Below, piece by piece: positions 10,585 through 21,729 of a stretch of DNA of 64,000 nt (position 1 is the first letter of the stretch; each line of letters begins with the position of its first letter). The notes below the pieces were generated by a model. That model ran no database searches. It was not told the DNA's origin and was given only the letters and a program-made list of their open reading frames with translations. A program made the position numbers and the translations under genes. The stretch is from Alphaproteobacteria bacterium. Lineage in GTDB: Bacteria; Pseudomonadota; Alphaproteobacteria; GCA-2746255. The DNA is taken from contig OZ252220.1 in the NCBI GenBank assembly GCA_965249135.1, positions 1,472,001-1,536,000 on the forward strand, in the 5' to 3' direction.

Positions 10585-11175
10585 TTAACCGAAGTCCTGA
10601 ATAAGAGCGGCATGGACGTTGTCCGGCATTCTCGCCATATGCGCGTAGCCTTTGTGCCGGATTCCGAGGATGATTTCCGTTTCCGGATTCCGGAAAGCCG
10701 CGATTGCGGATTCCGTAAAAGGAAAGTGAAGAAAGTGAACGGAGGAAGCCTTGCCGTCCTCTGCCGACCTTTCGACGTCCACTTCGGGAACGGCTTCGAT
10801 CTTTTCCTTGCCGACGTGAAGGGTAATCGTTTTCTCGACACCACCCATCTTCGAGAGAAACCGATCCCGCTTCTCCGGGTTTTCGATTTCGAACATCAAG
10901 GTCGCAACGAGCTCATTTCCTTTTGGAATCAATGGATTATATGCGGCCAACTCGTCAGCGATCTGCTCTTCGCCTCCCTTTTCGATGTAGAGCATTTCGT
11001 GGATCTGCCACCACATCGTATCGAAGTTCTCGAAATAGAGCGTCGCGTAAGGACCGACGGCAACGCGCCGGTTTTTTTTGATCGCCGAGATGTCTCGGCG
11101 GCGGTCCATCCTAATTTTTTCGTATGCCTCGAGCGAGAGCACGTCTTCGCGCGTGATTTCGTGTTTCCTGGTCAT
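10585..11175 (-). CDS. DUF3501-family protein
   Basis: Start MTRKHEITRED; RRVAVGP, FENFDT..QIHEMLYIE, AYNPLIP, SSVHFLHF; usual partner of aerobic-type rubrerythrin. Confidence 0.88.
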   Translation of the reverse strand: MTRKHEITREDVLSLEAYEKIRMDRRRDISAIKKNRRVAVGPYATLYFENFDTMWWQIHEMLYIEKGGEEQIADELAAYNPLIPKGNELVATLMFEIENPEKRDRFLSKMGGVEKTITLHVGKEKIEAVPEVDVERSAEDGKASSVHFLHFPFTESAIAAFRNPETEIILGIRHKGYAHMARMPDNVHAALIQDFG

Positions 11176-12518
11176 GAAGCCGATATCCCATAGGCGCGTG
11201 CGAAAAGCTCGATCGGATGGAAGGCCGCGTCCGGGGCCTCCTCGCCATCGAGACGCTCGATCCCTTGCAGGATCTGTCGTCCTGCCAACGGACATTCGGA
11301 GGCGATGTAAGCCTTCTTCGCGTTCGCCGCGGCGCGGGCGACCGGTTTTCCGATTTTCAGCGTCGTTTCGAAATTCGCCTTCATCATGCCCCACGAGCCG
11401 CCATGGCCGGAACAGCGTTTGATCACCTGAAGGTCGGCCTTTGGAATCAGACGAAGCATCTCGGCTGCCTTCTGTCCCATGTTCTGGGCCCGGGCATGGC
11501 AGGCAAGGTGAATGGCAACACCGCCGTCCAAGGGGACGAGCCCTTCCGCGAGGCCTTCCTTCGATGCGATGTCGACGACGTATTCCGTAACGTCGAAGGT
11601 CGCCTCCGAAAGCCGTTTCACGTCCGCGTCGTCTGGCAAGATGAGGGGCCACTCGAACTTCAGCATGAGCGCACAGGAAGGCATCAAGCTGATGACCGCA
11701 TAGCCTTTCTCGATCCAGGGTCGCATTTCGCCCGCAACCTTGCGCGCGCGTTTCGCGACCGCCGCAAGATCGCCGTGCTCAAGTTTCGGCATGCCGCAGC
11801 AGGTGGGATAGACGATTTCGGTCTCGACGCCGTTCTTCGCGAGAACGGCGCGCGTGGCGAAACCGATCTGGGGATTGTGGTAGTTCCCATAACAGGTCGC
11901 ATAGAGCACCGCCTTGCGGCCGAAGGCCGGTGCGCTTTCGTTCGCTTCGATGGGCTCAGTGGCGGCGGAAGCCGCGAAGGTCTTGCCGTGGAAGCGCGGC
12001 AGCGCCGCCTCACGGTGAATGCCGGTCACGCCTTCCATCAGGGTTCGCATCGGCTTGTTCTTCGTATTGCAGGCCCAGTTCACCAGCGGGGCCAGCGGGG
12101 CGGCGAGGGAGGCGTTGCGGTCGATGTCCGTGAGTTGACGGGCAGACAGCGAGATCTTCTTTTCCTTCAGCTCCATCGCCCGGTAACGGAGCATGAGATG
12201 GGGAAAATCCAGATCGAACTCGTGCGGCGGCACGTAGGGGCATTTCGTCATGAAGCACATGTCGCAAAGCGTGCAGGCATCCGTGACGTGCTTGAAATCC
12301 TCATTCCGCACATCCTTCAGTTCGCCGGAAGGGGTCGTGTCGATTAGGTCGAAAAGGCGTGGAAAGCTGTCACAGAGATTGAAACAGCGCCGGCACCCAT
12401 GACAGATATCGAAGACGCGGCGGCATTCCTCCTCCACCTTCGCCCGGTCCGTAAAGTCCGGATCCTGCCAGGAAATGGGATGGCGCATCGGCGCGCCGAG
12501 GGATCCCTCGCCAGCCAT
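11172..12518 (-). CDS. Rubrerythrin-associated Fe-S oxidoreductase (GlpC/HdrD-like)
   Basis: CHGCRRCFNLC and CTLCDMCFMTKCP ferredoxin motifs, CCGMP cysteine-rich domain. Confidence 0.88.
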   Translation of the reverse strand: MAGEGSLGAPMRHPISWQDPDFTDRAKVEEECRRVFDICHGCRRCFNLCDSFPRLFDLIDTTPSGELKDVRNEDFKHVTDACTLCDMCFMTKCPYVPPHEFDLDFPHLMLRYRAMELKEKKISLSARQLTDIDRNASLAAPLAPLVNWACNTKNKPMRTLMEGVTGIHREAALPRFHGKTFAASAATEPIEANESAPAFGRKAVLYATCYGNYHNPQIGFATRAVLAKNGVETEIVYPTCCGMPKLEHGDLAAVAKRARKVAGEMRPWIEKGYAVISLMPSCALMLKFEWPLILPDDADVKRLSEATFDVTEYVVDIASKEGLAEGLVPLDGGVAIHLACHARAQNMGQKAAEMLRLIPKADLQVIKRCSGHGGSWGMMKANFETTLKIGKPVARAAANAKKAYIASECPLAGRQILQGIERLDGEEAPDAAFHPIELFARAYGISAS

Positions 12519-12544
12519 CTTTATTTGCCTCCAACGCTCATCCG

Positions 12545-12577
12545 AAAACAAAGGGGATACCTTTTCGTATCCCCTTT
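12545..12577 (-). terminator. Intrinsic terminator or stabilising hairpin after rubrerythrin
   Basis: 11-bp perfect stem AAAGGGGATAC/GTATCCCCTTT with 6-nt loop, running into TTTGTTTT on the minus strand. Confidence 0.75.
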
Positions 12578-12607
12578 AAAGATTCGTTTCGGATGGCTTT
12601 CTTGAAC

Positions 12608-13030
12608 TTACTGTCCGAGCGTATCGAGGGCCTTCTGGAAGCGTCCCGCATGGGATTTCTCGGCCTTCGCCAGGATCTCAAACCAGTCGGCGATCTCGTC
12701 GAAACCTTCCTCGCGGGCGGATTTCGCCATGCCCGGATACATGTCCGTGTATTCGTAGGTTTCGCCAGCAATCGCCGCCTTCAGATTGGCATCCGTTGCG
12801 CCGATCGGCTGGCCGGTCGCCGGGTCGCCGACCTCTTCGAGGAACTCGAGATGGCCATGGGCATGCCCCGTCTCCCCCTCGGCGGTCGAGCGAAAGACGG
12901 CGGCGACGTCGTTGTAGCCTTCGACATCCGCCTTCTGAGCAAAATAGAGATAACGACGGTTCGCCTGGGACTCACCGGCAAAGGCCGCCTTCAAATTTTC
13001 TTCGGTATTCGTTCCCTTCAAGGCTGCCAT
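12608..13030 (-). CDS. rbr: Rubrerythrin (short aerobic type, no rubredoxin domain)
   Basis: Start [27 protein letters not shown]; [24 protein letters not shown]. Confidence 0.93.
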   Translation of the reverse strand: MAALKGTNTEENLKAAFAGESQANRRYLYFAQKADVEGYNDVAAVFRSTAEGETGHAHGHLEFLEEVGDPATGQPIGATDANLKAAIAGETYEYTDMYPGMAKSAREEGFDEIADWFEILAKAEKSHAGRFQKALDTLGQ

Positions 13031-13141
13031 TTTTTTCCTCCGTTTGAGTTTGGTCCGCTCGGAATCCCATGCCTTAAGATGAGAGCCCGAAAGATGGGTT
13101 TCAGCGGATAGAGTCGGACCGGAAAGGCCCAAAATCCATAG

Positions 13142-13158
13142 ATTAGAATTATTCTAAC
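13142..13158. promoter_or_regulatory. Iron control element (ICE, Irr box)
   Basis: ATTAGAA-TTA-TTCTAAC versus consensus TTTAGAA-N3-TTCTAAA; lies between irr and rbr. Confidence 0.8.
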
Positions 13159-13216
13159 ATAGGGGCGGAAAGATGAAAGGTAAAGCGTTTTCTAAGCAGC
13201 AGAACACCCGGAAATT

Positions 13217-13639
13217 CTAGTCTTCCGGGTCGGTGAGGTGGAGGATCACATCGACCCGTTTCAGGGTCTTGCCGGCCGGTGGATCCGGAAGCCGTTCGAT
13301 GGAAAGCTGATCGGCAGGCACGTCCCGAAGCTCGCCGCTCTTCTCATAGAAGAAGTGGTGATGGTCGCTGATATTCGTATCGAAATAGGCGCGCCCCGAT
13401 TCGACGACGACCTCACGCAAGAGTCCGACCTCGGTGAATTGGTGCAGCGTGTTATAGACGGTCGCCAGTGACACCCGAACGCCAGCAGCAAGCGCCTCGC
13501 CATGCAGCTGTTCGGCACGCACGTGACGATCCGTTCCGTCGAAGAGAAGTTTCGCCAGGGCCAAACGCTGACGCGTCGGGCGCAGGCCCGATTCCCTCAA
13601 GAGGTCGTACGCATTTGCATATGGACGGGTCGCTGCCAT
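13217..13639 (-). CDS. irr: Iron response regulator Irr (Fur family)
   Basis: GLRPTRQRLALAKLLF, VSLATVYNTLHQFTEVGLLRE, YFDTN..DHHHFF. Confidence 0.9.
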   Translation of the reverse strand: MAATRPYANAYDLLRESGLRPTRQRLALAKLLFDGTDRHVRAEQLHGEALAAGVRVSLATVYNTLHQFTEVGLLREVVVESGRAYFDTNISDHHHFFYEKSGELRDVPADQLSIERLPDPPAGKTLKRVDVILHLTDPED

Positions 13640-13734
13640 TCAATTTCCTCAGTGAGTCCTTAAAAATACTCAGGCCTTTCCAGAAAATGCAATAAAAAAC
13701 ATTGTCTTCCTGGGCTTTTTCGAACCCCCCTAAA

Positions 13735-15132
13735 TCAGTCCCCCGTCAACAGCCGCTGGAACAATTTCTTCACCGTCGGGATATAGCCATTCGCATAGAA
13801 GGGGTCCGAGGCGAAGCGAAAGGCATTGTGGCCAGCGAACATGAGTTCGTTGTCGATATCCCCCCCATGGGCGATTTCCTGCAGGGTCTTCTGAATGCAA
13901 TAGGACCGGGGGTCGGGCTTCTTGCCCGTCGTACCGGCTTCGTTATGCGACCAGTTGCTGAACCGACAGGCCGAAAGACAGCCCATGCAGTTCACCTGAT
14001 CCGTTCGGATCTGTTTCGCGTTTTCCAGGGTAACGAAGATGAGCGTCGAATCCGGCGTTCGCATCGCTTCCGTAAAGCCGGTCGCGACCCAAGCCTCCGC
14101 CCGGTGCTTGTCGGTGGTCGTAAGAAAGACCGGCCGCTTCCTGGCCCCGACGCCGAAGGCAACCTGATGTTCGCCGACCGGTTCAACCGTATAGGCGACC
14201 TGGCGTTCGGACCGTTCCCTAAGCTCTTTGAGGAAGGCGTTGTTCACACAAGAAGAATAGAAGCCGGTCGGGCTGAACCGGTTCAGTTGGACGCTCCCCT
14301 CGTCGAGCTCGAGAAGGCGGCGCTTCCACTTTTCCGGGATTGGGCTTTCTTTCGTCAGCAAGGCCCGGGTGCCGAACTGAAAACAGATCGGGCCCAGTTC
14401 CGGATTGTCGATCCAATCCTCCCACTCCCGCAAATACCAAACGCCGCCAGCCATGATGATCGGTGTGTCATCAAGCCCGAACTCGCGCATCTGTTCGCGC
14501 ATGGCGCGCACGCGCGGGTAAGGATCTTGCGGGACTTCCGGATCCTCGCTGTTGCTGAGGCCATTGTGGCCGCCGGCCCGCCACGGGTCCTCGTAGACGA
14601 CGGCGCCCAGAAAATCCGAAAACCTGTGGTAGGCGCGTTTCCATAGCGCCCGAAAGGCGCGCGCCGAAGAGACGATCGGGTAACAGTAGACGCGGTAACG
14701 CGAGCAGATTTCCGCGAGGCGATACGGCATGCCGGCCCCGCAGGTCACGCCGTGAACGAGATCCTTCGCGCCTTCGAGAATGCCCTTGAGTACGATTTCC
14801 GCCGCGCCCATCTCCCAAAGCACATTGACGTTGAGCCGCCCTTGGCCGTTCGACATTTCATGGGCGATCCGTGCCTGGGTGATGCCGCCCTGAATGGATT
14901 GCTCGATCAATTCGAGATGGCGCGCGCGGCGATTGCGGCCTTTGTAGACGTAAGGGATGGCCAAGCCGTCCGCATCGAAGCTATCCGCATTGACGCCGGA
15001 GAAGGTGCCAAGGCCGCCCATCGCGGCCCAGGCGCCCGAGCTTTCGCCGTTCGTTATGGAAACCCCCTTCCCCCCTTCAATGAGGGGAATCACCTCTCTC
15101 CCGGAAAGAACAAGGGGGTTCAGGGCCTTCAC
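13735..15132 (-). CDS. Nitronate monooxygenase-family FMN oxidoreductase
   Basis: PLIEGGKG, VTCGAGMP, YEDPWRAGGHNG, IMAGG, FQFGTR; probable GTG start. Confidence 0.82.
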   Translation of the reverse strand: MKALNPLVLSGREVIPLIEGGKGVSITNGESSGAWAAMGGLGTFSGVNADSFDADGLAIPYVYKGRNRRARHLELIEQSIQGGITQARIAHEMSNGQGRLNVNVLWEMGAAEIVLKGILEGAKDLVHGVTCGAGMPYRLAEICSRYRVYCYPIVSSARAFRALWKRAYHRFSDFLGAVVYEDPWRAGGHNGLSNSEDPEVPQDPYPRVRAMREQMREFGLDDTPIIMAGGVWYLREWEDWIDNPELGPICFQFGTRALLTKESPIPEKWKRRLLELDEGSVQLNRFSPTGFYSSCVNNAFLKELRERSERQVAYTVEPVGEHQVAFGVGARKRPVFLTTTDKHRAEAWVATGFTEAMRTPDSTLIFVTLENAKQIRTDQVNCMGCLSACRFSNWSHNEAGTTGKKPDPRSYCIQKTLQEIAHGGDIDNELMFAGHNAFRFASDPFYANGYIPTVKKLFQRLLTGD

Positions 15133-15284
15133 GCTACGGTCTCCCGGCCGCTCGATCTGCATAAGGGATAGCCAATCGCCATTGCCTTGCATATAGGCAA
15201 GAAAACGCAGAAAACCACATCGCGGATGACAGAAAGCATCAAAGGATTTCCGATGGTTATGTCCTCCTCCGGTCGCCTTGGCGT

Positions 15285-17414
15285 CTAGCCCGCCTTAACC
15301 TTCTCCTGCGCTTTCTGCAGATCTTCGCCGGTTTTCTGATCGACCGCCCTGAGGCTCAGCTTCACCTTGCCACGGTCGTCGATGCCGAGGACCTTGACCT
15401 TCACCATGTCGCCTTCCTTCACGACGTCCGTCACCTGCGCCACGCGCCCGGGTGCCAGCTCGCTGATGTGGACGAGACCATCGCGCGCGCCCAAGAAATT
15501 CACGAATGCGCCGAAATCGAGGACCTTCACGACCTTGCCGGAATAGATCGTGCCGATTTCCGGCTCGGCGACAATCTCCTTGATCCATTCGACGGCGGCT
15601 GCCGCCGATTCGCTATCCACCGAGGAGACCTTGACCGTGCCATCGTCTTCGATGTCGATCTTCGCACCCGTCGTCTCGCAGATCTCGCGGATCACCTTGC
15701 CACCGGTTCCAATCACTTCGCGAATCTTATCCTTCGGAATCGTCATCATGGTGATGCGAGGCGCATGGGTACTCACGCCATCGCGGGCCTGGGCAAGGGC
15801 CTTCGTCATCTCATCAAGAATATGCATCCGACCTTCGTTCGCCTGGGCGAGCGCCGTCTGCATGATCTCTTCCGTAATGCCCGTGATCTTGATGTCCATC
15901 TGGAGCGCGGTCACACCTTTCTCCGTGCCGGCCACCTTGAAGTCCATGTCGCCGAGATGGTCTTCATCTCCCAGAATGTCGGAGAGCACCGCAACGCCCG
16001 AATCCTCCCTGATCAGGCCCATCGCGATGCCGGCGATCGGACGCGGTAGTGGAACGCCTGCATCCATCAGTGCCAGTGACGTGCCACATACGGTTGCCAT
16101 CGAGGAGGATCCGTTCGACTCGGTAATCTCCGAGACGACCCGAATCGTATAGGGAAAGTCTTCCTTGTTCGGCATCAGCGCACGCAGTGCGTGCCAGGCG
16201 AGCTTGCCGTGGCCTACTTCCCGGCGGCTCGTGAAGCCGACGCGTCCCGCTTCGCCGACGGAGAAGGGGGGGAAGTTGTAATGGAGCAGGAAGTGTTCGC
16301 GGTATTCCCCTTCAAGCGCGTCGACGAACTGTTCGTCCTGACCGGTGCCGAGCGTGGCGACAACAAGCGCCTGGGTCTCACCGCGGGTGAACAGCGCGCT
16401 TCCATGGGCGCGCGGCAAGACGCCGACCTCCGCCACGATGGGACGAACCGTCTTCGTATCCCGCCCGTCGATCCGTACCCCCGTTTCGAGGATCGCGTTC
16501 CGAACGATCGCCTTCTCCACCTTCTTCGTGGCGTTAGAGACGGTATTCTCGTCCACCTCTTCGGTCACCAGCGTCTCCGCCAAGCCTTTGCGAATCTCGG
16601 ATAGGCGTTCGGAGCGGGCCTGTTTCTCGGTGATTTTGTATGCCTCACGAAGGTCGGCCTCGGTCTTTTCCCGTACGGTGGCGGTCAGTGCCTCGACGGA
16701 TCCGTCCGGCGCCGGCAATTCCCACGGTGTCTTAGCGCAGGCGCCTGCCATTTCAGCAATCGCCTCGATCACCGGCTGGAATTCCCGGTGGCCGAACATG
16801 ACGGCCGCGAGCATGACGTCCTCGGCAAGCTCGTTCGCTTCCGATTCGACCATGAGCACGCCGCCCTTGGTCCCGGCGACGACGAGGTTGAGATCTGAGT
16901 TCGCCATCTCGTCGATCTGGGGATTGAGCACGTGACGGCCATCGATGTAACCGACCCGGGCGGCGGCGATGGGGCCCTGGAAAGGGATGCCGGAAATCGC
17001 CAGTGCAGCCGATGTGCCGATCATGGCGACAATATCCGGGTCGTTTTCGAAATCGTGGCTTAGCACCGTGCAAATAACCTGCACCTCGTTGCGAAAGCCG
17101 TCCGGAAACAGTGGACGGATCGGCCGATCGATCAAGCGGCAAACAAGGGTTTCCTTTTCGCCGGGCCGGCCTTCGCGCTTGAAGAAGCCACCCGGAATTT
17201 TTCCCGCCGCATAGGTTTTTTCGATGTAGTTCACCGTGAGGGGAAAGAAATCGAGTCCTTCTTTCGCCTTCTTCTCGCCAACGACGGTGCACAGCACGGA
17301 GGTCTCTCCATAGCTTGCCAGCACTGCGCCATCGGCCTGCCTTGCGATTTTTCCGGATTCCAGAACAAGTTTCCGGCCGCCCCAAAGAATTTCCTTACGT
17401 GTAACGTCAAACAT
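15285..17414 (-). CDS. pnp: Polyribonucleotide nucleotidyltransferase
   Basis: [43 protein letters not shown] and S1 domains. Confidence 0.98.
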   Translation of the reverse strand: MFDVTRKEILWGGRKLVLESGKIARQADGAVLASYGETSVLCTVVGEKKAKEGLDFFPLTVNYIEKTYAAGKIPGGFFKREGRPGEKETLVCRLIDRPIRPLFPDGFRNEVQVICTVLSHDFENDPDIVAMIGTSAALAISGIPFQGPIAAARVGYIDGRHVLNPQIDEMANSDLNLVVAGTKGGVLMVESEANELAEDVMLAAVMFGHREFQPVIEAIAEMAGACAKTPWELPAPDGSVEALTATVREKTEADLREAYKITEKQARSERLSEIRKGLAETLVTEEVDENTVSNATKKVEKAIVRNAILETGVRIDGRDTKTVRPIVAEVGVLPRAHGSALFTRGETQALVVATLGTGQDEQFVDALEGEYREHFLLHYNFPPFSVGEAGRVGFTSRREVGHGKLAWHALRALMPNKEDFPYTIRVVSEITESNGSSSMATVCGTSLALMDAGVPLPRPIAGIAMGLIREDSGVAVLSDILGDEDHLGDMDFKVAGTEKGVTALQMDIKITGITEEIMQTALAQANEGRMHILDEMTKALAQARDGVSTHAPRITMMTIPKDKIREVIGTGGKVIREICETTGAKIDIEDDGTVKVSSVDSESAAAAVEWIKEIVAEPEIGTIYSGKVVKVLDFGAFVNFLGARDGLVHISELAPGRVAQVTDVVKEGDMVKVKVLGIDDRGKVKLSLRAVDQKTGEDLQKAQEKVKAG

Positions 17415-17513
17415 TTCATCTTCCTTCTATCCAACAACCGGCGATCCATACCGTCGGGGCTCTTCCATCCGCCCTGTCGGGTGAGCCCATCCCTTCAAGG
17501 CACGTTCTTTCGA

Positions 17514-17783
17514 TTACTTCCTCAACCCAAGCCGCTTGATGAGCTGCTCATAGCGCGCGTTGTCCGTCTTCTGCAGGTAATCGAGAAGCCGACGGCGTTG
17601 GCCGACCATTTTCAGGAGGCCGCGGCGCGAATGCATGTCCTTGTTATGGTCCTTGAGATGTTCGGTCAGGTTCGTGATCCGTTCGCTCAAGATCGCAACC
17701 TGTACTTCCGGCGAGCCGGTGTCGCCCTTCTTCAGGGCGTACTCTGTGATGAGGTCTGTCTTCCTCTCCGACGTAATCGACAT
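17514..17783 (-). CDS. rpsO: 30S ribosomal protein S15
   Basis: [32 protein letters not shown]. Confidence 0.98.
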   Translation of the reverse strand: MSITSERKTDLITEYALKKGDTGSPEVQVAILSERITNLTEHLKDHNKDMHSRRGLLKMVGQRRRLLDYLQKTDNARYEQLIKRLGLRK

Positions 17784-17794
17784 CGTCTATTCCC

Positions 17795-18733
17795 TTACAG
17801 ATTCAGCACCCGCAGCGCGCGAAGCGTGCCACTCGCCAGCCGCGCGAGGGCGACCGGCTTGCCACCCGACATGGCGCAAACCACGGCGCCCTCCTCCTCG
17901 GAGGCCGTAACGCTTTGTGCCTGCCGGTGATCGTCGCATAGAAGCATCTGGATGGTTTGTCCGTGCCGAAGCCGGATCGCCTGTTCTTCCGTCAAGGCCA
18001 GAGCCGGGATGTCGTCCAGCCCGGTCTCGATCGGAAGCAGATGCTTCAAAGCGGACGCATCATGCCCGAGAGAAGCTAGATAATCCAGCGAAATTGCCTG
18101 GTTTTCCGTGAACGGGCCAACCGCAAGCCGGCGCAAATCCTCGATGCAGCCGCACGTCCCAAGTGCGGCGCCCAGATCGCGCGCCAGGCTTCGCATATAG
18201 GTTCCCTTGCCGCAAACGACCTCGAAGGTGGCGTGATCCGAATCCGGGATGTCGAGAAGCGCCATGGTCACGACCTCCACCGTCCGCGGCGCAAGCTCAA
18301 AGGGGTCCGCCGAGCGCGCCCGTGCATAGGCCCGCTTGCCTTCGACCTTGATCGCCGAATAGATGGGCGGCACCTGTTCGATGAGGCCTGTGAAGGCGGG
18401 AAGCACCTTTTGGATCTCCGTTTCCGTCGGCCGGCATTCACTTTGCCCAGTGAGCTTGCCGTCCACATCGTCCGTCTCGCGCGCCTCGCCCCAGCGGACA
18501 CGGAAGCGGTAGGTCTTTCGGCCTTCCATCGCGTACGCCATTGTCTTTGTCGCTTCGCCGAGCGCGATCGGCAGCACGCCGGTCGCCAGCGGATCGAGCG
18601 TGCCGCCATGCCCTGCCTTCGCCGCGCCAAGATGCCGGCGCACGGCTGCCACCGCCTGCGCCGAGGTGATCCCCTTCGGCTTGTCGAGCACCAGCCAGCC
18701 GTGAATGGGGCGTCCGTTTCGTTTACGTGTCAT
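17795..18733 (-). CDS. truB: tRNA pseudouridine(55) synthase
   Basis: LDKPKGITS, KAGHGGTLDPLATGVL, PPIYSAIK, CGKGTYMRSLARD. Confidence 0.97.
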   Translation of the reverse strand: MTRKRNGRPIHGWLVLDKPKGITSAQAVAAVRRHLGAAKAGHGGTLDPLATGVLPIALGEATKTMAYAMEGRKTYRFRVRWGEARETDDVDGKLTGQSECRPTETEIQKVLPAFTGLIEQVPPIYSAIKVEGKRAYARARSADPFELAPRTVEVVTMALLDIPDSDHATFEVVCGKGTYMRSLARDLGAALGTCGCIEDLRRLAVGPFTENQAISLDYLASLGHDASALKHLLPIETGLDDIPALALTEEQAIRLRHGQTIQMLLCDDHRQAQSVTASEEEGAVVCAMSGGKPVALARLASGTLRALRVLNL

Positions 18734-19148
18734 CGCTTCGTTTGCTTTTCGCCCGAGGTGTGGCGTCGGTCAGATCCTGCGCCACCTCCGGTCGGTGAAG
18801 CAGGGCTTCGACCTTCGATACCGCTTCGAAAGTGCCGTCCGGCTGAAAGGCAAGGGCGGGCAAGTAGCGAAGCTGAACGTGACGGGCGAGTTGGATGTGA
18901 AGATAGGGCGTGGCCCTGCTCAACGCCTCGATCAGGTCTTCCATGCCTTCGCCGCCAAGGGGTGTGACGAAAACGATCGCCTTTCGAAGATCCGGCGTTA
19001 CCCGAACCTCCGTCACGGTGATTGGCGTGCCGGTGAGAACCGGATCGCGGAAGTGACCGCGTTCGAAGATGGTGGCAAGGGCATGACGCAATTCTTCGCC
19101 GACGCGAAGCTGCCGTTGGGAGGGGACCTTGCCCCGAGAAGACGTCAT
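18723..19148 (-). CDS. rbfA: Ribosome-binding factor A
   Basis: RQLRVGEELRHAL, ITVTEVRVTPDL, LRYLPALAF; downstream of infB. Confidence 0.95.
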   Translation of the reverse strand: MTSSRGKVPSQRQLRVGEELRHALATIFERGHFRDPVLTGTPITVTEVRVTPDLRKAIVFVTPLGGEGMEDLIEALSRATPYLHIQLARHVQLRYLPALAFQPDGTFEAVSKVEALLHRPEVAQDLTDATPRAKSKRSDDT

Positions 19149-19190
19149 GGCATTTCTTCCGAACCGAGACGGGAAAATAAGGAAAACGAC

Positions 19191-21692
19191 TCAGAGCGTC
19201 GCCGCGATCTCTTCGACCTCGAAGCATTCGATCACATCCCCGACCTGGATGTCCTGATAGTTCTCGAAGGCCATCCCGCAATCGTTGCCGTCACGAACTT
19301 CCTTCACCTCGTCCTTGAACCGCTTGAGACTGCTTAGCTTGCCTTCGTGAATGACGACGCTGTCGCGCAGGAGCCGGACGCCGACGCCACGGCGAACCAA
19401 GCCATCCGTCACCATGCAACCCGCCACCTTGCCGACCTTCGAGATGTTGAAAACCTCGCGAATCTCGGCGTTCCCAAGGTATTTCTCGCGGCGGATCGGG
19501 GACAGCATCCCCTCGAGGCCCGCTTTTACGTCATTCGTCACGTCGTAGATGACGGAGTAGTAGCGGATGTCGATTCCTTCCCGTTTCGCAAGCTCCCGCG
19601 CCTGCGGGTTCGCGCGCACGTTAAAGCCAATGATGAGAGCATTCGACGCTTTCGCCAGCGTTACGTCCGATTCGTTGATGCCGCCGGCTGCCGTGTGCAG
19701 CACGACGACGGAGACCTCCTCGCTTTCCGAGGAAAGCTTTTCGAGGCTGCTCACGATCGCCTCCACCGAACCCTGAACGTCCCCCTTGACGATCACCGGA
19801 AGCTCTTTGGCGGCTCCGCTGGCAATCTCCGAGAGCATCTGCTCGAGCGTGCCACGCGTGTTCGCCGCGGCTTCCATTTCGCGTTCGCGGCGCCGGCGGT
19901 ATTCCGCGATCTCGCGCGCGCGTGCTTCGTTGTCGACGACGACGAATTCGTCCCCCGCCAGAGGCGCGCCGTTCAAGCCTAAGACCTCGGCCGGCTCCGA
20001 GGGTCCGGCTGCCTCGACGTTCTGTCCCTTGTCGTTGATCAGCGCACGGACCCGGCCCCACTCGCTGCCTGCGACAAAAATGTCGCCGACACGAAGCGTG
20101 CCGCGCTGAATGAGAAGCGTGCCTACGGCACCCCGGCTGTGCTCGAGCTTGGCCTCGACGACGACGCCTTCCGCTGCACGGTCCGGGTTTGCCTTGAGAT
20201 CCAGTATTTCGGCCTGCAGAAGAACCGCTTCTTCAAGCTTATCGAGGTTCTCTCCGGCCTTCGCCGAGACTTCGATGGCGAGCACATCGCCGCCCATCGA
20301 TTCGACGACGACTTCGTGTTGGAGAAGTTCCGAACGCACCCGATCCGGATTCGCCTCCGGCTTATCCATCTTGTTGATGGCGACGATGATGGGCACTTCT
20401 GCCGCTTTTGCGTGGTGAACGGCCTCGATCGTCTGCGGCATGATGCCATCGTCGGCGGCAACGACCAACACGACGATGTCCGTCACCCGCGCGCCGCGCG
20501 AGCGCATCGCTGAGAAGGCTTCGTGGCCCGGCGTATCCAGGAAGGTGATGCTATCCCCGGTCTGAAGCGTCACTCGGTAGGCTCCGATATGCTGGGTAAT
20601 GCCTCCCGCCTCGCGACTGACGACATCCGTTTTGCGAAGGGCATCCAAAAGCGAGGTTTTCCCGTGGTCGACATGACCCATGATCGTAACGACCGGCGCC
20701 CGGCGTTTGAGGAGGGCCGCGTCATCCGGTTCCGTTTTCAACCCGATCTCTACGTCTGCCTCGCTGACGCGTTTTACCTTGTGACCGAATTCGGCGACGA
20801 TGAGCTCCGCCGTGTCGGCGTCGATCACTTGCGTGATATTCCCCATCACGCCCATTTTCATGAGCGCCTTGATGACGTCGACGCCCCGTTCCGCCATCCG
20901 GTTGGAAAGTTCCTGAACCGTGATCGTTTCCGGAATGACGACCTCGCGCACGATCTTGCCGGGTTCCCCTTCGTCGCCTTCTTTCCGCTTCTCCCGTTCC
21001 CGGGCGCGGCGGACGGAGGCAAGGCTGCGGACGCGTTCTTCTTCGTTCAGCGCTTCATTGATCGTCAGCTTGCCGGCCCGCCGGCGCGGCTCGGAGCGTC
21101 GTACCGGCGGCAAACGTTTTGCCTCGGGCTTGCGCCCGGTGGTGCCTTCCTTCTCGCGGATTCGCGTCGCCGCCGCCGAAAGCGCATCCTTCTTGCCTTT
21201 TTCGCTAGCCCATTCCGCTGCGGCTTCCTTCTTTCGTTCGGTGCAGGCACGAGCCGGCTTCTCGGCAGGCGGCGCTTCGGGGGGGGGCATGGGCGCGACC
21301 ACTTCGGGCAGGGCTTCCACTTCCTCGACCGGGGTTTCCAGCACTTCCGGCGGGGCCTCGCCTTCCGGCAGACCGGCGCCTTGAAGGGCGCGGGCGCGCG
21401 CCATCCGTTCCGTTTCCGTGAGTTTGACGCCGCCAAGGGCTTCTTCTTCCGTAAGCTCCGGCGCCTCCATCCCCTCGGGGAGTGCGATGACCTCCGTCAT
21501 GTCGCCCTGGGAATCCTTCGAGAAGGTCCGTTTCTTGCGTGCCTCGACGGTGACCGCCTTCGTCCGGCCATGGGAGAAGCTTTGCCGCACCTGGCCGACC
21601 TTGACGGTTTTCTTCAGTTCCAACCGTCCCGGGCGCTGAAGCGACAGTGACTTCTTCTTTCCCTTTTCTTCTCGTTCGTTCGTTTCCGTCAT
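19191..21692 (-). CDS. infB: Translation initiation factor IF-2
   Basis: [34 protein letters not shown]. Confidence 0.98.
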   Translation of the reverse strand: MTETNEREEKGKKKSLSLQRPGRLELKKTVKVGQVRQSFSHGRTKAVTVEARKKRTFSKDSQGDMTEVIALPEGMEAPELTEEEALGGVKLTETERMARARALQGAGLPEGEAPPEVLETPVEEVEALPEVVAPMPPPEAPPAEKPARACTERKKEAAAEWASEKGKKDALSAAATRIREKEGTTGRKPEAKRLPPVRRSEPRRRAGKLTINEALNEEERVRSLASVRRAREREKRKEGDEGEPGKIVREVVIPETITVQELSNRMAERGVDVIKALMKMGVMGNITQVIDADTAELIVAEFGHKVKRVSEADVEIGLKTEPDDAALLKRRAPVVTIMGHVDHGKTSLLDALRKTDVVSREAGGITQHIGAYRVTLQTGDSITFLDTPGHEAFSAMRSRGARVTDIVVLVVAADDGIMPQTIEAVHHAKAAEVPIIVAINKMDKPEANPDRVRSELLQHEVVVESMGGDVLAIEVSAKAGENLDKLEEAVLLQAEILDLKANPDRAAEGVVVEAKLEHSRGAVGTLLIQRGTLRVGDIFVAGSEWGRVRALINDKGQNVEAAGPSEPAEVLGLNGAPLAGDEFVVVDNEARAREIAEYRRRREREMEAAANTRGTLEQMLSEIASGAAKELPVIVKGDVQGSVEAIVSSLEKLSSESEEVSVVVLHTAAGGINESDVTLAKASNALIIGFNVRANPQARELAKREGIDIRYYSVIYDVTNDVKAGLEGMLSPIRREKYLGNAEIREVFNISKVGKVAGCMVTDGLVRRGVGVRLLRDSVVIHEGKLSSLKRFKDEVKEVRDGNDCGMAFENYQDIQVGDVIECFEVEEIAATL

Positions 21693-21729
21693 ATGAATCT
21701 AATCGGTTCCGTGTGGCTTCGTTCTAGGT

